Positions 17,350-29,169 are shown, counted from the first letter of the stretch. The stretch is 64,000 nt of DNA from Minisyncoccota bacterium (GCA_041665385.1 JBAYIX010000003.1:13128-77127); one strand, 5' to 3'. Program-made: numbers and translations. The notes: generated by a model from the letters alone, not told the origin.

Positions 17350-17457
17350 CCCAGCAAGGTTGTGCGGGCTTTTTCCTTCATTTGAAATATTTGTGCAGGG
17401 TCCGAGTATTGTAAACACTTCACAAATGAAGGAAAAAGCCCGCACAACCTTGCTGGG
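17350..17457. repeat. perfect 35-bp inverted repeat with a 38-nt loop carrying the core TGTGCAGGGTC
   Basis: Arms 17350-17384 and 17423-17457 are exact reverse complements. The loop contains ttTGTGCAGGGTCcgag. Both Met-ORFs across the region (17145..17498 -, 17360..17566 +) are mirror artifacts of it. Confidence 0.85.
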
Positions 17458-17827
17458 AGGTGAACGTAGCTCAATAAACATTTTCTTCCATACAGCACAA
17501 CAACCCGCTTTGGCGGGCTGTGTGCATAATGGTTACTCGCAATCGGAGATAGATCGCAAATTTTAAGTGGTGTCCGTTTCCGACGCTAGGCGTGGAATTT
17601 TTTTTGGACCCTATATTTTATGAGTTAAGGATCATCTCCATCATTGGTAACCTGTATTAAGGATATTATTTTTGGTCGCAAAAGTCAAAGGAAAAAGGGG
17701 CCTTTTTCTGGGGTTTAGCTGTGCACAAACTGTGCATAAGTTCACTTTTTCTGTGGACAGAGATTTATCACACAAAACGATGCACTGTGCAATACTTTAC
17801 AAGCATATCCTTGGCTTCCGGAATCTT

Positions 17828-19971
<2,144 letters not shown>

Positions 19972-20104
19972 AGTGCAATTCCTTTGGTTAGTTGTTGACT
20001 TCTCAGATCATTATATACTGACAGGCGTGATCTGTCAAAGGTAGTTTTTTGTACAAGCCGGCGATTCCTAGGGGGTGACCACACGTTTTTCATCGGAGCC
20101 TGGA

Positions 20105-20230
20105 ATTATAGCATGCACGCTCTTATTCTTACTCAAAAGCAGGGCTCTAGTGAGCCACGGTATTGGATGTCAAATGGTGGCTCAGTGACAACGTAGAATG
20201 AACGAAAAATAAGAGCGTGCGTGCTATAAT
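20105..20230. repeat. 23-bp inverted repeat (one U-G compensated position) enclosing a nested 8-bp hairpin, in the leader of the FAD oxidase gene
   Basis: attatagcaTgcacgctcttatt at 20105-20127 versus the reverse complement of 20208-20230 (c/t difference gives a U-G pair in RNA). Inner TGAGCCAC/GTGGCTCA at 20151-58 / 20177-84. Confidence 0.7.
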
Positions 20231-20356
20231 CCGACCCCTCTGTGGCGGCGAGGTGTGTGACGCCAAGGCGGTGGTCGGCCTGGAGAGTGGGAGGTGATCC
20301 AGTTCAAGACTTCCTGACACAATAGTTTACTTAAACCCTGTTTATGTTGCCGGCGC

Positions 20357-22054
20357 TTGTACTTATCTGTCTATCTATGTAGCAATCAACAGGTCATATT
20401 TACTGCCGTAGGTTATAATACACTCATGCCCAATGAAAAAGAGATTGCAGGTTTCATATCCGGCGATGTGGACTCGAGTAAGGAAGCGCTCGAGACGGCT
20501 AGCCATGACGCCAGCATATTTGAAATCAAACCACAGCTGGTTGTGAGGCCGAGAAATTCTGAGGATCTGAAGAAGCTGGTAAAGTATGTCTCCGAAAAAG
20601 GAGGCATGAGTCTCACGGCGCGATCTGCTGGCACAGACATGAGTGGTGGACCACTTACAGAGTCCATAGTCGTAGAATTCACAAAGTATTTCAATAACAT
20701 TATCGAAGTAGGCGAAGGAAATGCCATCACCCAGCCTGGAGTTTATTATCGTGACTTTGACAAAGCGACAAAAGAAAAAGGCGGGCAGATAATGCCGAGC
20801 TATCCAGCATCGCGCGAGCTTTGCACTGTAGGTGGCATAGTTTCCAATAATTCTGGTGGTGAAAAAACTCTCACATATGGCAAAACCGAGCGCTATATAC
20901 GCCGTCTCAAAGTCGTGCTCGCCGACGGCAATGAATATGAATTCAAACCATTAAATGCGACAGAACTGGAAGAAAAAAAGAAAAATCAGAATTTTGAAGG
21001 AGAGATATATCGCAACATGGATAGTCTCATAACTGAAAATGAAGAGAGAATCCGATCTGCAAGACCATTAGTCTCAAAGAACTCCTGTGGTTACTACCTC
21101 TGGAATGTAAAAGATAAAGAAAAGGGGACTTTTGACCTGACAAAGCTCATAGCAGGGTCGCAGGGTACGTTGGGAATGGTAACAGAAGTGGAATTTGCGC
21201 TGGTGAAGCCTAAACTGCACTCACGGCTCCTCGTGGTATTCCTCACGGACCTGAAGCTCCTCGCCGATACTGCTATGCACATACTGAAATTCCAACCGGA
21301 AAGCTTCGAATCTTATGATGATCATACATTCAAAATTGCTGTAAAATTCTTGCCTCAACTCATGCGTCAGATGGGAGGGAATCTCATTACTCTAGGTCTG
21401 GAATTCCTGCCAGAAATGATGGCTGTCATAGAGGGTGGAGTGCCAAAGCTCGTCCTCATGGCAGAATTTACCGCAGACACACCCGAAGAAGCAGTGGCAA
21501 AGGCCGAGGCGGCAAAAGACTCCATAAAGGACTTGCATGAGAAGGCAAAGGTCACTACGACAGCGCGCGATGCGAACAAGTATTGGATCATCCGCAGGGA
21601 GAGTTTCAATATGTTGCGCCACCACGTGAAGGAGTTGCGTACGGCACCATTCATAGATGATTTTGCGGTATTGCCTGCGCGCCTGCCGGAATTTTTGCCA
21701 AAGCTTTACTCTATTTTGGACCAATATAATCTCACCTATACCATTGCCGGCCATGTGGGTGATGGAAATTTCCATATCATTCCGCTCATGAACCTACACG
21801 AGGTGAAGTCACACGAGATCATCAAGGAACTCTCTGTAAAAGTCTATGAACTAGTCCACGAATTTGCTGGCACTATAACCGCCGAACACAACGATGGCAT
21901 GATCCGTACACCATTTATAAAGATGCAATACGGCGAGGAGGTCTATAAGCTCTTCGAGGAGACAAAGAAGATCTGGGATCCCAAGGGGATATTTAACCCG
22001 GGAAAGAAAGTGGGTGGCACATTGGAATATGCTTTTGCGCATATTATTAAATAA
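20357..22054 (+). CDS. FAD-linked oxidase (FAD_binding_4; GlcD/D-lactate dehydrogenase-like)
   Basis: ARSAGTDMSGGPLTE FAD-binding motif and a C-terminal FAD-oxidase domain. The true start may be the ATG at 20424 (MPNEKEIAGF). Confidence 0.75.
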   Translation: MYLSVYLCSNQQVIFTAVGYNTLMPNEKEIAGFISGDVDSSKEALETASHDASIFEIKPQLVVRPRNSEDLKKLVKYVSEKGGMSLTARSAGTDMSGGPLTESIVVEFTKYFNNIIEVGEGNAITQPGVYYRDFDKATKEKGGQIMPSYPASRELCTVGGIVSNNSGGEKTLTYGKTERYIRRLKVVLADGNEYEFKPLNATELEEKKKNQNFEGEIYRNMDSLITENEERIRSARPLVSKNSCGYYLWNVKDKEKGTFDLTKLIAGSQGTLGMVTEVEFALVKPKLHSRLLVVFLTDLKLLADTAMHILKFQPESFESYDDHTFKIAVKFLPQLMRQMGGNLITLGLEFLPEMMAVIEGGVPKLVLMAEFTADTPEEAVAKAEAAKDSIKDLHEKAKVTTTARDANKYWIIRRESFNMLRHHVKELRTAPFIDDFAVLPARLPEFLPKLYSILDQYNLTYTIAGHVGDGNFHIIPLMNLHEVKSHEIIKELSVKVYELVHEFAGTITAEHNDGMIRTPFIKMQYGEEVYKLFEETKKIWDPKGIFNPGKKVGGTLEYAFAHIIK

Positions 22055-22060
22055 AATATC

Positions 22061-22513
22061 ATGACCAACAATATAGCAAAGTACGATATGGCCTTTATAC
22101 AGTTTTGTCGACGGATATCTGTACCACTCGCTCGCTTCGGCTTATTCCTAGTCTTCTTTTGGTTCGGTGCTCTTAAGGTTGTGGATATGAGTCCGGCCAG
22201 TCCTCTGGTCCAAGCCCTCTTCGAAAAGACTATTCCTTTTATGAGTTTCGGTACATTCATAGTGCTCTTTGGGATATTTGAATGTCTCATCGGTATCCTC
22301 TTCCTCATCCGCGGAGCAGAGCGTATCGTCATACCACTTCTGGCACTCCATATGGTCACGACTGTCATGCCGCTCTTCATGCTTCCGTCTGCGACATGGT
22401 CGGCATTTCTGGTGCCCACTATGGAAGGTCAGTACATCATCAAAAATATTCTCATAATAGCGGCGGCTATAGTGGTTGCGGCTCACGTGCATCCGTTGAA
22501 GCACAAATCTTAG
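22061..22513 (+). CDS. small multi-pass membrane protein (DoxX/DUF417-like)
   Basis: 150 aa with four hydrophobic helices. Confidence 0.4.
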   Translation: MTNNIAKYDMAFIQFCRRISVPLARFGLFLVFFWFGALKVVDMSPASPLVQALFEKTIPFMSFGTFIVLFGIFECLIGILFLIRGAERIVIPLLALHMVTTVMPLFMLPSATWSAFLVPTMEGQYIIKNILIIAAAIVVAAHVHPLKHKS

Positions 22514-22533
22514 CAGTGTGTTAGCTTATATCC

Positions 22534-23319
22534 ATGAAAGAAAACAAACCACCAAAAGAAAACAAAACATCGTGGGGTGAGGTCGCCGACTGGTACGACG
22601 ATATGCTGGAGCAAAACAGAGACTCATTTCAAGAAAAGGTGATACTACCGAACCTTTTGCGCATGGTAGAACCAGAGAAAGGTATGACAATACTAGATCT
22701 CGCTTGCGGTCAGGGGTATTTTGTGCGGGCATTCCATGAAAAAGGTGCGACTGTGATGGCTTCGGATATTTCACCGGAGCTTATTGATATCGCTAGGAAA
22801 CATTCCTCCAAGGAGATAGAATATTTCATAGCACCTGCAGATAGTATGGAAAAAGTGCAGGACAAGAGTGTCGACGTGGTCACTATTATTTTAGCTATCC
22901 AAAACATAGAGAACTTGCAGGGAACAATAAGTGAGTCGGCAAGGGTGCTCAAAGCGGGTGGTAGGCTGATTTTCGTCATAAATCATCCGGCATTCCGCAT
23001 ACCCAAGCGTTCTGCATGGGGATGGGATGAAACAGAAAAGAAACAATATCGCCGCATAGATGCTTATATGTCTGACAATCGGATAGAGATAGACATGACA
23101 CCAGGAGAAAAACTCGCAACAAAGAAGAGACAGACACTTTCATTTCATAGGCCTCTTCAGGCATATTTCAAGAGCCTGAATAAAAGCGGTCTCGCAGTTA
23201 CTCGCTTCGAGGAATGGATATCACACAAAGCCAGCCAACCGGGACCGAGAGCTGTCGAAGAAGATCGGATCCGTAAGGAGATACCTATGTTTCTATGCAT
23301 AGAGTCAAAGAAAATATAA
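22534..23319 (+). CDS. class I SAM-dependent methyltransferase
   Basis: Motif I LDLACGQGYF, post-I acidic residue, and the Methyltransf_11/25 pattern. Confidence 0.8.
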   Translation: MKENKPPKENKTSWGEVADWYDDMLEQNRDSFQEKVILPNLLRMVEPEKGMTILDLACGQGYFVRAFHEKGATVMASDISPELIDIARKHSSKEIEYFIAPADSMEKVQDKSVDVVTIILAIQNIENLQGTISESARVLKAGGRLIFVINHPAFRIPKRSAWGWDETEKKQYRRIDAYMSDNRIEIDMTPGEKLATKKRQTLSFHRPLQAYFKSLNKSGLAVTRFEEWISHKASQPGPRAVEEDRIRKEIPMFLCIESKKI

Positions 23320-23341
23320 TTGAATTTGGAGAATATTAGTC

Positions 23342-24571
23342 TTAGTTTGTATCCTTGATAGATAGTGCGGGGATGACTGCTGTGAGGCAGATCACTCCTA
23401 TGATGACGAACAAGTACTGGTTTGTTGTGAACATTAGACCAACAATAGTGATGAGAGGAGCGATGAAAAGGGAAACTGGCCTGGTGATACGGAATACACC
23501 CAGAGCGGCGGCATCGCGTGGTGAAACCGTTTTGAAAAAGTAAGACTCTATCATGACTTCGACCGAAGCCGCTCCGATACGGGTGATGAATAGCACTAGA
23601 GCCCAGAGAGCGACATTTGGAATATTTATGAAAGCGAGGAATATGGTAGCAATGCCCATGATGACGAAACCAAGAGCCATTATCTCTTTTTCGCCGTATT
23701 TTTCGTCCGCTATTTTACCCAAGGGGTATTGGATCAGAGGGAATGGTAGAAGCATGATAGTGAGTATGAGTCCGATATCGAACCAGCTGAAGCCCATGGT
23801 CTTATTCAAGTATATGGGGCTATACACAACCATCCAGGAATAAAAGACTTGAAGTATGATGTTCGCACTAAAAAGTTTGACCCAGTTTTTGTTGCCACCG
23901 ATATGCTTTACCAGCTGGACAGGGGAGAGATGGATATAGTTCGGGTCCTTGAAGCGGGGGAAGTTGCGGTATATGAGGTAGAGGAATGGTAGGAGCATGA
24001 GGAGTGCCGCAAAGAAAGTATTCCTATAGTTACCTGTACTACCTATGAGCATACTGCCGATGAGGGGGGCGATGAGCCATGAGGCATTGAGGGAGGCATT
24101 GTAGAGTCCGCGAACTTTACCGATGTGGACACTATCTGTATATACCTCTAGGAAGATGTCGAGAGTAAGACCAATGAGGGCGGACACTGCGAGCTGAACC
24201 ATAAAGAATGTCGCAATGACGGTGGGTGATGCGGAAAAGAACAAGCCTATGAAGAGTATTATCTGAATGCAGATAAGGACAACTGAGGTTTTGTAGTTGC
24301 CGTATCTACGTATGAAAGATGGTGCGATGAGGAAGCCGAGTATGGAAACGGCTCCGCCTACCATATAGATGAGGCTGACTATTCTCTCGCTGCCAAATTC
24401 GCTTAGGAAGCTGGAGTTGGAATACATAGGGAGGACTATGTGGAGCGCATATATGAAACCGATAAGAGCTATGGTGTAAATGACGTTACTCTTGGGGAGA
24501 TCACGAGAAGAACTGATTTGCATATGGGGTATTATAACATGCAGTTTGTTTTCGGAACCTGGGCATAGCAC
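23342..24571 (-). CDS. MFS transporter
   Basis: About 12 TM helices. Signature loop GRYGNYK-like between TM2 and TM3. Confidence 0.75.
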   Translation of the reverse strand: MLCPGSENKLHVIIPHMQISSSRDLPKSNVIYTIALIGFIYALHIVLPMYSNSSFLSEFGSERIVSLIYMVGGAVSILGFLIAPSFIRRYGNYKTSVVLICIQIILFIGLFFSASPTVIATFFMVQLAVSALIGLTLDIFLEVYTDSVHIGKVRGLYNASLNASWLIAPLIGSMLIGSTGNYRNTFFAALLMLLPFLYLIYRNFPRFKDPNYIHLSPVQLVKHIGGNKNWVKLFSANIILQVFYSWMVVYSPIYLNKTMGFSWFDIGLILTIMLLPFPLIQYPLGKIADEKYGEKEIMALGFVIMGIATIFLAFINIPNVALWALVLFITRIGAASVEVMIESYFFKTVSPRDAAALGVFRITRPVSLFIAPLITIVGLMFTTNQYLFVIIGVICLTAVIPALSIKDTN

Positions 24572-24747
24572 ACAGCAAATCCTCTCTTTTGAGAAGTGTT
24601 TACGGTCCGATAGCTTTGCACTGCTATTCCAAAAGAGAGGATTTGCTGTGTGCTATGCCCAGGTTCCGCGCGAGTAAAAAAAGATGTTAATATTTGTGAA
24701 CAAATTGCAGTTGCATTTTACCTCAAATGTGGTATGATTATGGCACC

Positions 24748-24873
24748 ATGAATAAATTCATGAAAGAAACAAATACAAAATCTGACCATAGCTTGCCTGT
24801 GGGAGCTTCTCGTGTGTTTGTTGCACATTTCAAAATGGGCGAGCAGATCTTGCCCGATGTTCCAAATATTTAA
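24748..24873 (+). CDS. small ORF (41 aa), hypothetical peptide upstream of the ABC exporter
   Basis: ATG 24748, TAA 24871-73, giving MNKFMKETNTKSDHSLPVGASRVFVAHFKMGEQILPDVPNI. Absent from the ORF track because it is under 60 aa. Followed by the terminator at 24901. Confidence 0.2.
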   Translation: MNKFMKETNTKSDHSLPVGASRVFVAHFKMGEQILPDVPNI

Positions 24874-24900
24874 TTTTACATTGTACTTATTGAGTATTTG

Positions 24901-24930
24901 AAACATCGTGAAAAACGATGTTTTTTATTC
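24901..24930 (+). terminator. Rho-independent terminator
   Basis: AAACATCGT-GAAAAA-ACGATGTTT is a perfect 9-bp stem, then TTTTATT. Confidence 0.55.
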
Positions 24931-25008
24931 ACAAATTTGTTCTTTATTGTTCTTTGTTCGTTCAAAACTTTGTTCTTCACAATCTCATAAACCCTAGAAA
25001 GGAGCGGT

Positions 25009-26802
25009 ATGAAAGATAAAAAAGAGAGGAATCCTCTCATGTACCTGTTCGGTAAAACCTGGCAGTATTCGGAGGATAACAGGAAAATGGTGGTAGTGTA
25101 CTGGACGATGTTCGTAATAGCGAATATCATCTCTCTCACTGTCCAACCCTTCGTAATGGCAAAGATCGTAAACACGATCCAGGTGGAAGGAGTAACATCC
25201 GCAAACCTGACAACACTGGTCTTACTCATGGTCGTGACTGTGTTTTCTGGCCTGGCCTTCTGGGCACTTCACGGTCCGGCTCGGTGCATCGAGCGGAACA
25301 ACGCATTCAAGGTGCGTCTCAACTATCGAAAGTATTTTATCCGGGGGATCATGACCTTGCCGCTAGAGTGGCATGTCGATCATCATTCCGGAGATACTAT
25401 CGATAGGATAGAAAAGGGAACGAATGCGCTCTATTCTTTTTCGGAGGATTCCTTTGAGATGATCTATGCGATAGTACAGCTAGTCGTGTGCTATTCGATA
25501 TTGGTCTATCTGAGCGGTCCTTCCGCACTGATCGTGCTCGTCATGATCCTTGTTTCTTGTTGTATAACGGTCGCCTTTGACAAGGTACTCGCTCTCCAAT
25601 ATAGGGAGCTAAATCGTTCCGAGAATCAAGTCTCGGAAAGTGTGTTCGATGCTGTGAGCAACATATCGACCGTGATAATATTGCGTGTCGAAAAATACGT
25701 CTATGATGCCATTGTGCACAAGACCGAGAAACCCTTCGATCTATTCCGGGCAAATCAACGCTTGAATGAATGGAAATGGTTCCTTGCAAGCTTGCTCTGT
25801 ACGCTCATGACCGCACTAGTCTTGTCTGTGTACTTCTATCAAAATCTGAATAGTCCCAAGGCTCTATTGCTCGGGAACCTATTCCTACTCGTGAAGTATT
25901 TGGACAGGATCAGTGACTTGTTCTTCCGCTTCACCGGCAGTTATGGAGATGTCATAAAGTGGCGCTCGAGAGTCCAGAATGCCGAAGATCTCTCACAAGA
26001 TTTTCGTCAGGAAAACTTTTCGAACCATGTCCTACCACCCTCGTGGCAAAGAGTGGAGGTAAGTGATCTTTCTTTCTCTTATCCAAACGGAAAGGGAGAG
26101 GAGTATCATCTGAAGGACATTTCATTTGCGTTCCGGCGTGGGGAAAGGATAGCTCTAGTCGGCGGGACAGGTAGTGGCAAGACTACGTTTTTGAAGATCA
26201 TGAGAGATCTGTATCATCCGAAGAAGGTCACACTCAAAGTTGATGGAAATAGTATCCAAAATGGCTTTGAGGGTATCAGTCGGGCTATATCTCTGGTTCC
26301 TCAAGATCCAGAAATATTTGCCAATACTATTCTCTCCAATATAACCATGGGTGCGGAGTATGATATCGAGCTTGTCAGGAAATACTCAGATATGGCCTGC
26401 TTTACGCCGGTCGCACTGAATCTGCCCAACAAGTATGACTCTTCGATCAAAGAGAAGGGTGTGAACCTCTCCGGAGGGGAACAACAACGTCTAGCTCTCA
26501 CGCGCGGACTCCTGGCTTGTCATGACAAGGATATCGTCCTACTCGATGAGCCGACCAAGAGTCTAGATACGGTCACGGCCGAAACCGTCTACAGAAACAT
26601 CTTCCATTCATTCGAAAGGAAGACTATCATCTCTACTATTCACGACATCCATCTCTTGCCACTCTTTGACAGGATATGTGTGTTCGATAAGGGAAGCATC
26701 GTAGCATCTGGTTCCTTGAGCGAACTCTTACGAACATGTCCCAAATTCATCTCTCTGTGGGAAACTATGCGTAGGGTAATGATGGAGAAGAGAGATCAGT
26801 AG
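25009..26802 (+). CDS. ABC transporter, fused permease/ATP-binding (type I exporter)
   Basis: Six N-terminal TM helices. Walker A GGTGSGKTT, signature LSGGEQQRLALTRGL, Walker B VLLDEPT. Confidence 0.85.
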   Translation: MKDKKERNPLMYLFGKTWQYSEDNRKMVVVYWTMFVIANIISLTVQPFVMAKIVNTIQVEGVTSANLTTLVLLMVVTVFSGLAFWALHGPARCIERNNAFKVRLNYRKYFIRGIMTLPLEWHVDHHSGDTIDRIEKGTNALYSFSEDSFEMIYAIVQLVVCYSILVYLSGPSALIVLVMILVSCCITVAFDKVLALQYRELNRSENQVSESVFDAVSNISTVIILRVEKYVYDAIVHKTEKPFDLFRANQRLNEWKWFLASLLCTLMTALVLSVYFYQNLNSPKALLLGNLFLLVKYLDRISDLFFRFTGSYGDVIKWRSRVQNAEDLSQDFRQENFSNHVLPPSWQRVEVSDLSFSYPNGKGEEYHLKDISFAFRRGERIALVGGTGSGKTTFLKIMRDLYHPKKVTLKVDGNSIQNGFEGISRAISLVPQDPEIFANTILSNITMGAEYDIELVRKYSDMACFTPVALNLPNKYDSSIKEKGVNLSGGEQQRLALTRGLLACHDKDIVLLDEPTKSLDTVTAETVYRNIFHSFERKTIISTIHDIHLLPLFDRICVFDKGSIVASGSLSELLRTCPKFISLWETMRRVMMEKRDQ

Positions 26803-27063
26803 TTCGTTCTTTAGTTCGTTAGTCACAGGGCACTCTTAATGGGTGCCTTTTTTCATGAAAAATTCCAATGTAACCACGACGAAACTCCAGCAATTTTCTT
26901 CGATCTCGTCGAGGACTGTCTGAGAGAGTATAAATTTCTGGACAAAATGGGAACCATTGCATGCCCTCGTGACCATTTTGTCCTGAAATTTAACGAGCGA
27001 GTTCCGCAGACGAGTGAGAAGAAGATTGCTGGGGTTGAGGTCGTAATTCCGTAAGCTTGTGAA

Positions 27064-29169
27064 CTAAATCATCAAAATAACCGGAATAACCATCGGCCTT
27101 TTCGCCGTCTTTTGCAGAAGGAAATGGCTCACAGCATCTGATATCGTATCTTTCACGAAGTCCACATTGATAGGATTCTGTCCCTTCGTTGCTTTTTCTG
27201 CCGTATCCTTTATGAGTAACCGCACCTCGTGGAGGAGTTCCTGAGATTCACGCAAGTATACGAAACCACGGGAGATAATATCCGGAGACTTTTTGAGTTT
27301 GCCTGTAGAAATATTTATGATACCAAAGATGATAAATATTCCATCCTGAGCCAGCATCTGTCGGTCGCGTATAACCACATCCTGCACATCGCCCACGGAG
27401 AAACCGTCCACGAGTACAAGACCGGAAGGAGCCTTTTCTTTTAGCTTCACAATGCGTTGTCCTCCTCCTTGGATCTCGATGATGGAACTATTGTCCGGTA
27501 TGACCACGTCTTCCTCCTTGAGATTGTTCGCCTCCTTTGCCACATCTCCGTGTACGCGGAGCATGTAGTGATAGCCGTGCAGAGGCATGAAGAACTTGGG
27601 ACGGATCTTCCTGTGTATCCACAATGTTTCGTCTTTGTACGCGTGACCTGTAGAGTGCACTTCTGCTGTACGGTAGTGGACTATTTTGGCACCTTGCCTC
27701 GATAGATTGTCCTTGAGCTTTTGCACAGCGCGTTCATTGCCAGGAATAACCGAAGACGAGAGGATGACCGTGTCGCGAGGAGTGATCTTGACCTTGGCAT
27801 GAGTGCGGTTTGCTATGCGCATGAGGGCGGCAAATTCGTCACCCTGTGCGCCGGTAGCGAGGATCACGATCCTATCCGGAGGGTAGTTGTCCATATCATC
27901 GGAAGAGATGATGGTCTCGCTCTTGGCTTTGAGGAGTCCTAGGTGTTTGCAAATCTCGATATTTTGTTTGAGACTCCTGCCTTCGATCACGACTTTCTTG
28001 CCATAGAGCTCGGCGAACTCTACCATCTTGAGCAGGCGCTCTAGGAGGGAGGAGAACGTGGCGATGATGAGGCGACCAGTGGAATTCTTTATATATTGCT
28101 CTAGGTTTTTGTGGACTATCTTTTCAGGTATGGAAAAGCCAGGTATCTCTACGTTGGTCGAGTCTGCCATGAGCATGAGTACTTTTTCATTTTTGAACGC
28201 ACGGTCGTATTCGGCTTCTTCTTCTGGTGTGGCGACACCATCTATGTGGTCCATCTTTAGGTCGCCGGTGTGTACTATAGATCCCCAAGGAGTTTGTATG
28301 ATGAGTCCCATGGCATCGGGAATGGTATGAGTCACTGCGAAGAACCGTATCTTGAAAGCGCCGACGCTTATGGTCTCATTTTTTTCAACTATGCGTATGT
28401 CCAGCTTTGGCAGGTGGGGAAATTCTTCTTGTCTCTTGTTTATGAGGACCGAGCTCAACATGCGGGTATATACTGGCGGGTTGCCGATGCGGGGCATGAT
28501 ATACGGTATACCTCCAATATGGTCGAGGTGGCCGTGTGTGATGATAACGGCTCGGACCTTGTCTTGTCTCTCTTCTAGATACTTTGTATTTGGTAATATG
28601 TAGTCGATACCAGGTGTATTTTCGTCTCGGAATTGGAAACCAATGTCGACAACGAGGATATCATCGCCAAATTCTATAGCGGTCATGTTGCGGCCGACTT
28701 CCTCAACTCCGCCCAACGGAACGATGCGGATAGAATCTGCAGCCAATGGTGGTATGGTATCGCCATGAGTGTCTTTGGACTGAGGGGAAGCAGAAGGTCG
28801 TCTCCTCGCTGGCTTGGTCATTTCTTTCCGCATGACATTCATGCGCGCGCCGGCCACATGACGGGTGGCAGTCGGCCTAGCGGGGACATTTCCATCCATA
28901 GTATGTCGAGCTCCACGACCCATGACTATGCGGTGACCGGTTATGTTCGAACTGTTGCTATTGTAATTTCTTGCTACTGGAACTGGGGATGCAGATGCTA
29001 CTGGAACAGCATTGATAGAAGATGGGACAGTTGACCCGGTATCTGTACGCAAGGTACGTGTAGGAGTAGGACGGGAAAAAGGTCGTCTACGGAAAGGTGG
29101 TCTACTGTCGCCCTGTGAAGGACGGCTGGCGGAACTGTCGGACTGAGAATTGTTTTGATTGTTATTCAT
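27064..29169 (-). CDS. rnj: ribonuclease J (metallo-beta-lactamase/beta-CASP) with a roughly 150-aa low-complexity N-terminal extension
   Basis: HGHLDHIGG motif, beta-CASP and the C-terminal domain. The N-terminus is Ser/Pro/Arg/Thr-rich and disordered. Confidence 0.85.
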   Translation of the reverse strand: MNNNQNNSQSDSSASRPSQGDSRPPFRRRPFSRPTPTRTLRTDTGSTVPSSINAVPVASASPVPVARNYNSNSSNITGHRIVMGRGARHTMDGNVPARPTATRHVAGARMNVMRKEMTKPARRRPSASPQSKDTHGDTIPPLAADSIRIVPLGGVEEVGRNMTAIEFGDDILVVDIGFQFRDENTPGIDYILPNTKYLEERQDKVRAVIITHGHLDHIGGIPYIMPRIGNPPVYTRMLSSVLINKRQEEFPHLPKLDIRIVEKNETISVGAFKIRFFAVTHTIPDAMGLIIQTPWGSIVHTGDLKMDHIDGVATPEEEAEYDRAFKNEKVLMLMADSTNVEIPGFSIPEKIVHKNLEQYIKNSTGRLIIATFSSLLERLLKMVEFAELYGKKVVIEGRSLKQNIEICKHLGLLKAKSETIISSDDMDNYPPDRIVILATGAQGDEFAALMRIANRTHAKVKITPRDTVILSSSVIPGNERAVQKLKDNLSRQGAKIVHYRTAEVHSTGHAYKDETLWIHRKIRPKFFMPLHGYHYMLRVHGDVAKEANNLKEEDVVIPDNSSIIEIQGGGQRIVKLKEKAPSGLVLVDGFSVGDVQDVVIRDRQMLAQDGIFIIFGIINISTGKLKKSPDIISRGFVYLRESQELLHEVRLLIKDTAEKATKGQNPINVDFVKDTISDAVSHFLLQKTAKRPMVIPVILMI

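Noticed and set aside
17145-17566. ORFs 17145..17498 (-) and 17360..17566 (+), both containing MKEKARTTLLG
   Set aside because: Mirror-image translations generated by the perfect 35-bp inverted repeat. Not genes.
21367-21775. Minus-strand ORFs (95 and 127 aa) inside the FAD oxidase gene
   Set aside because: Nested antisense to a motif-supported CDS.
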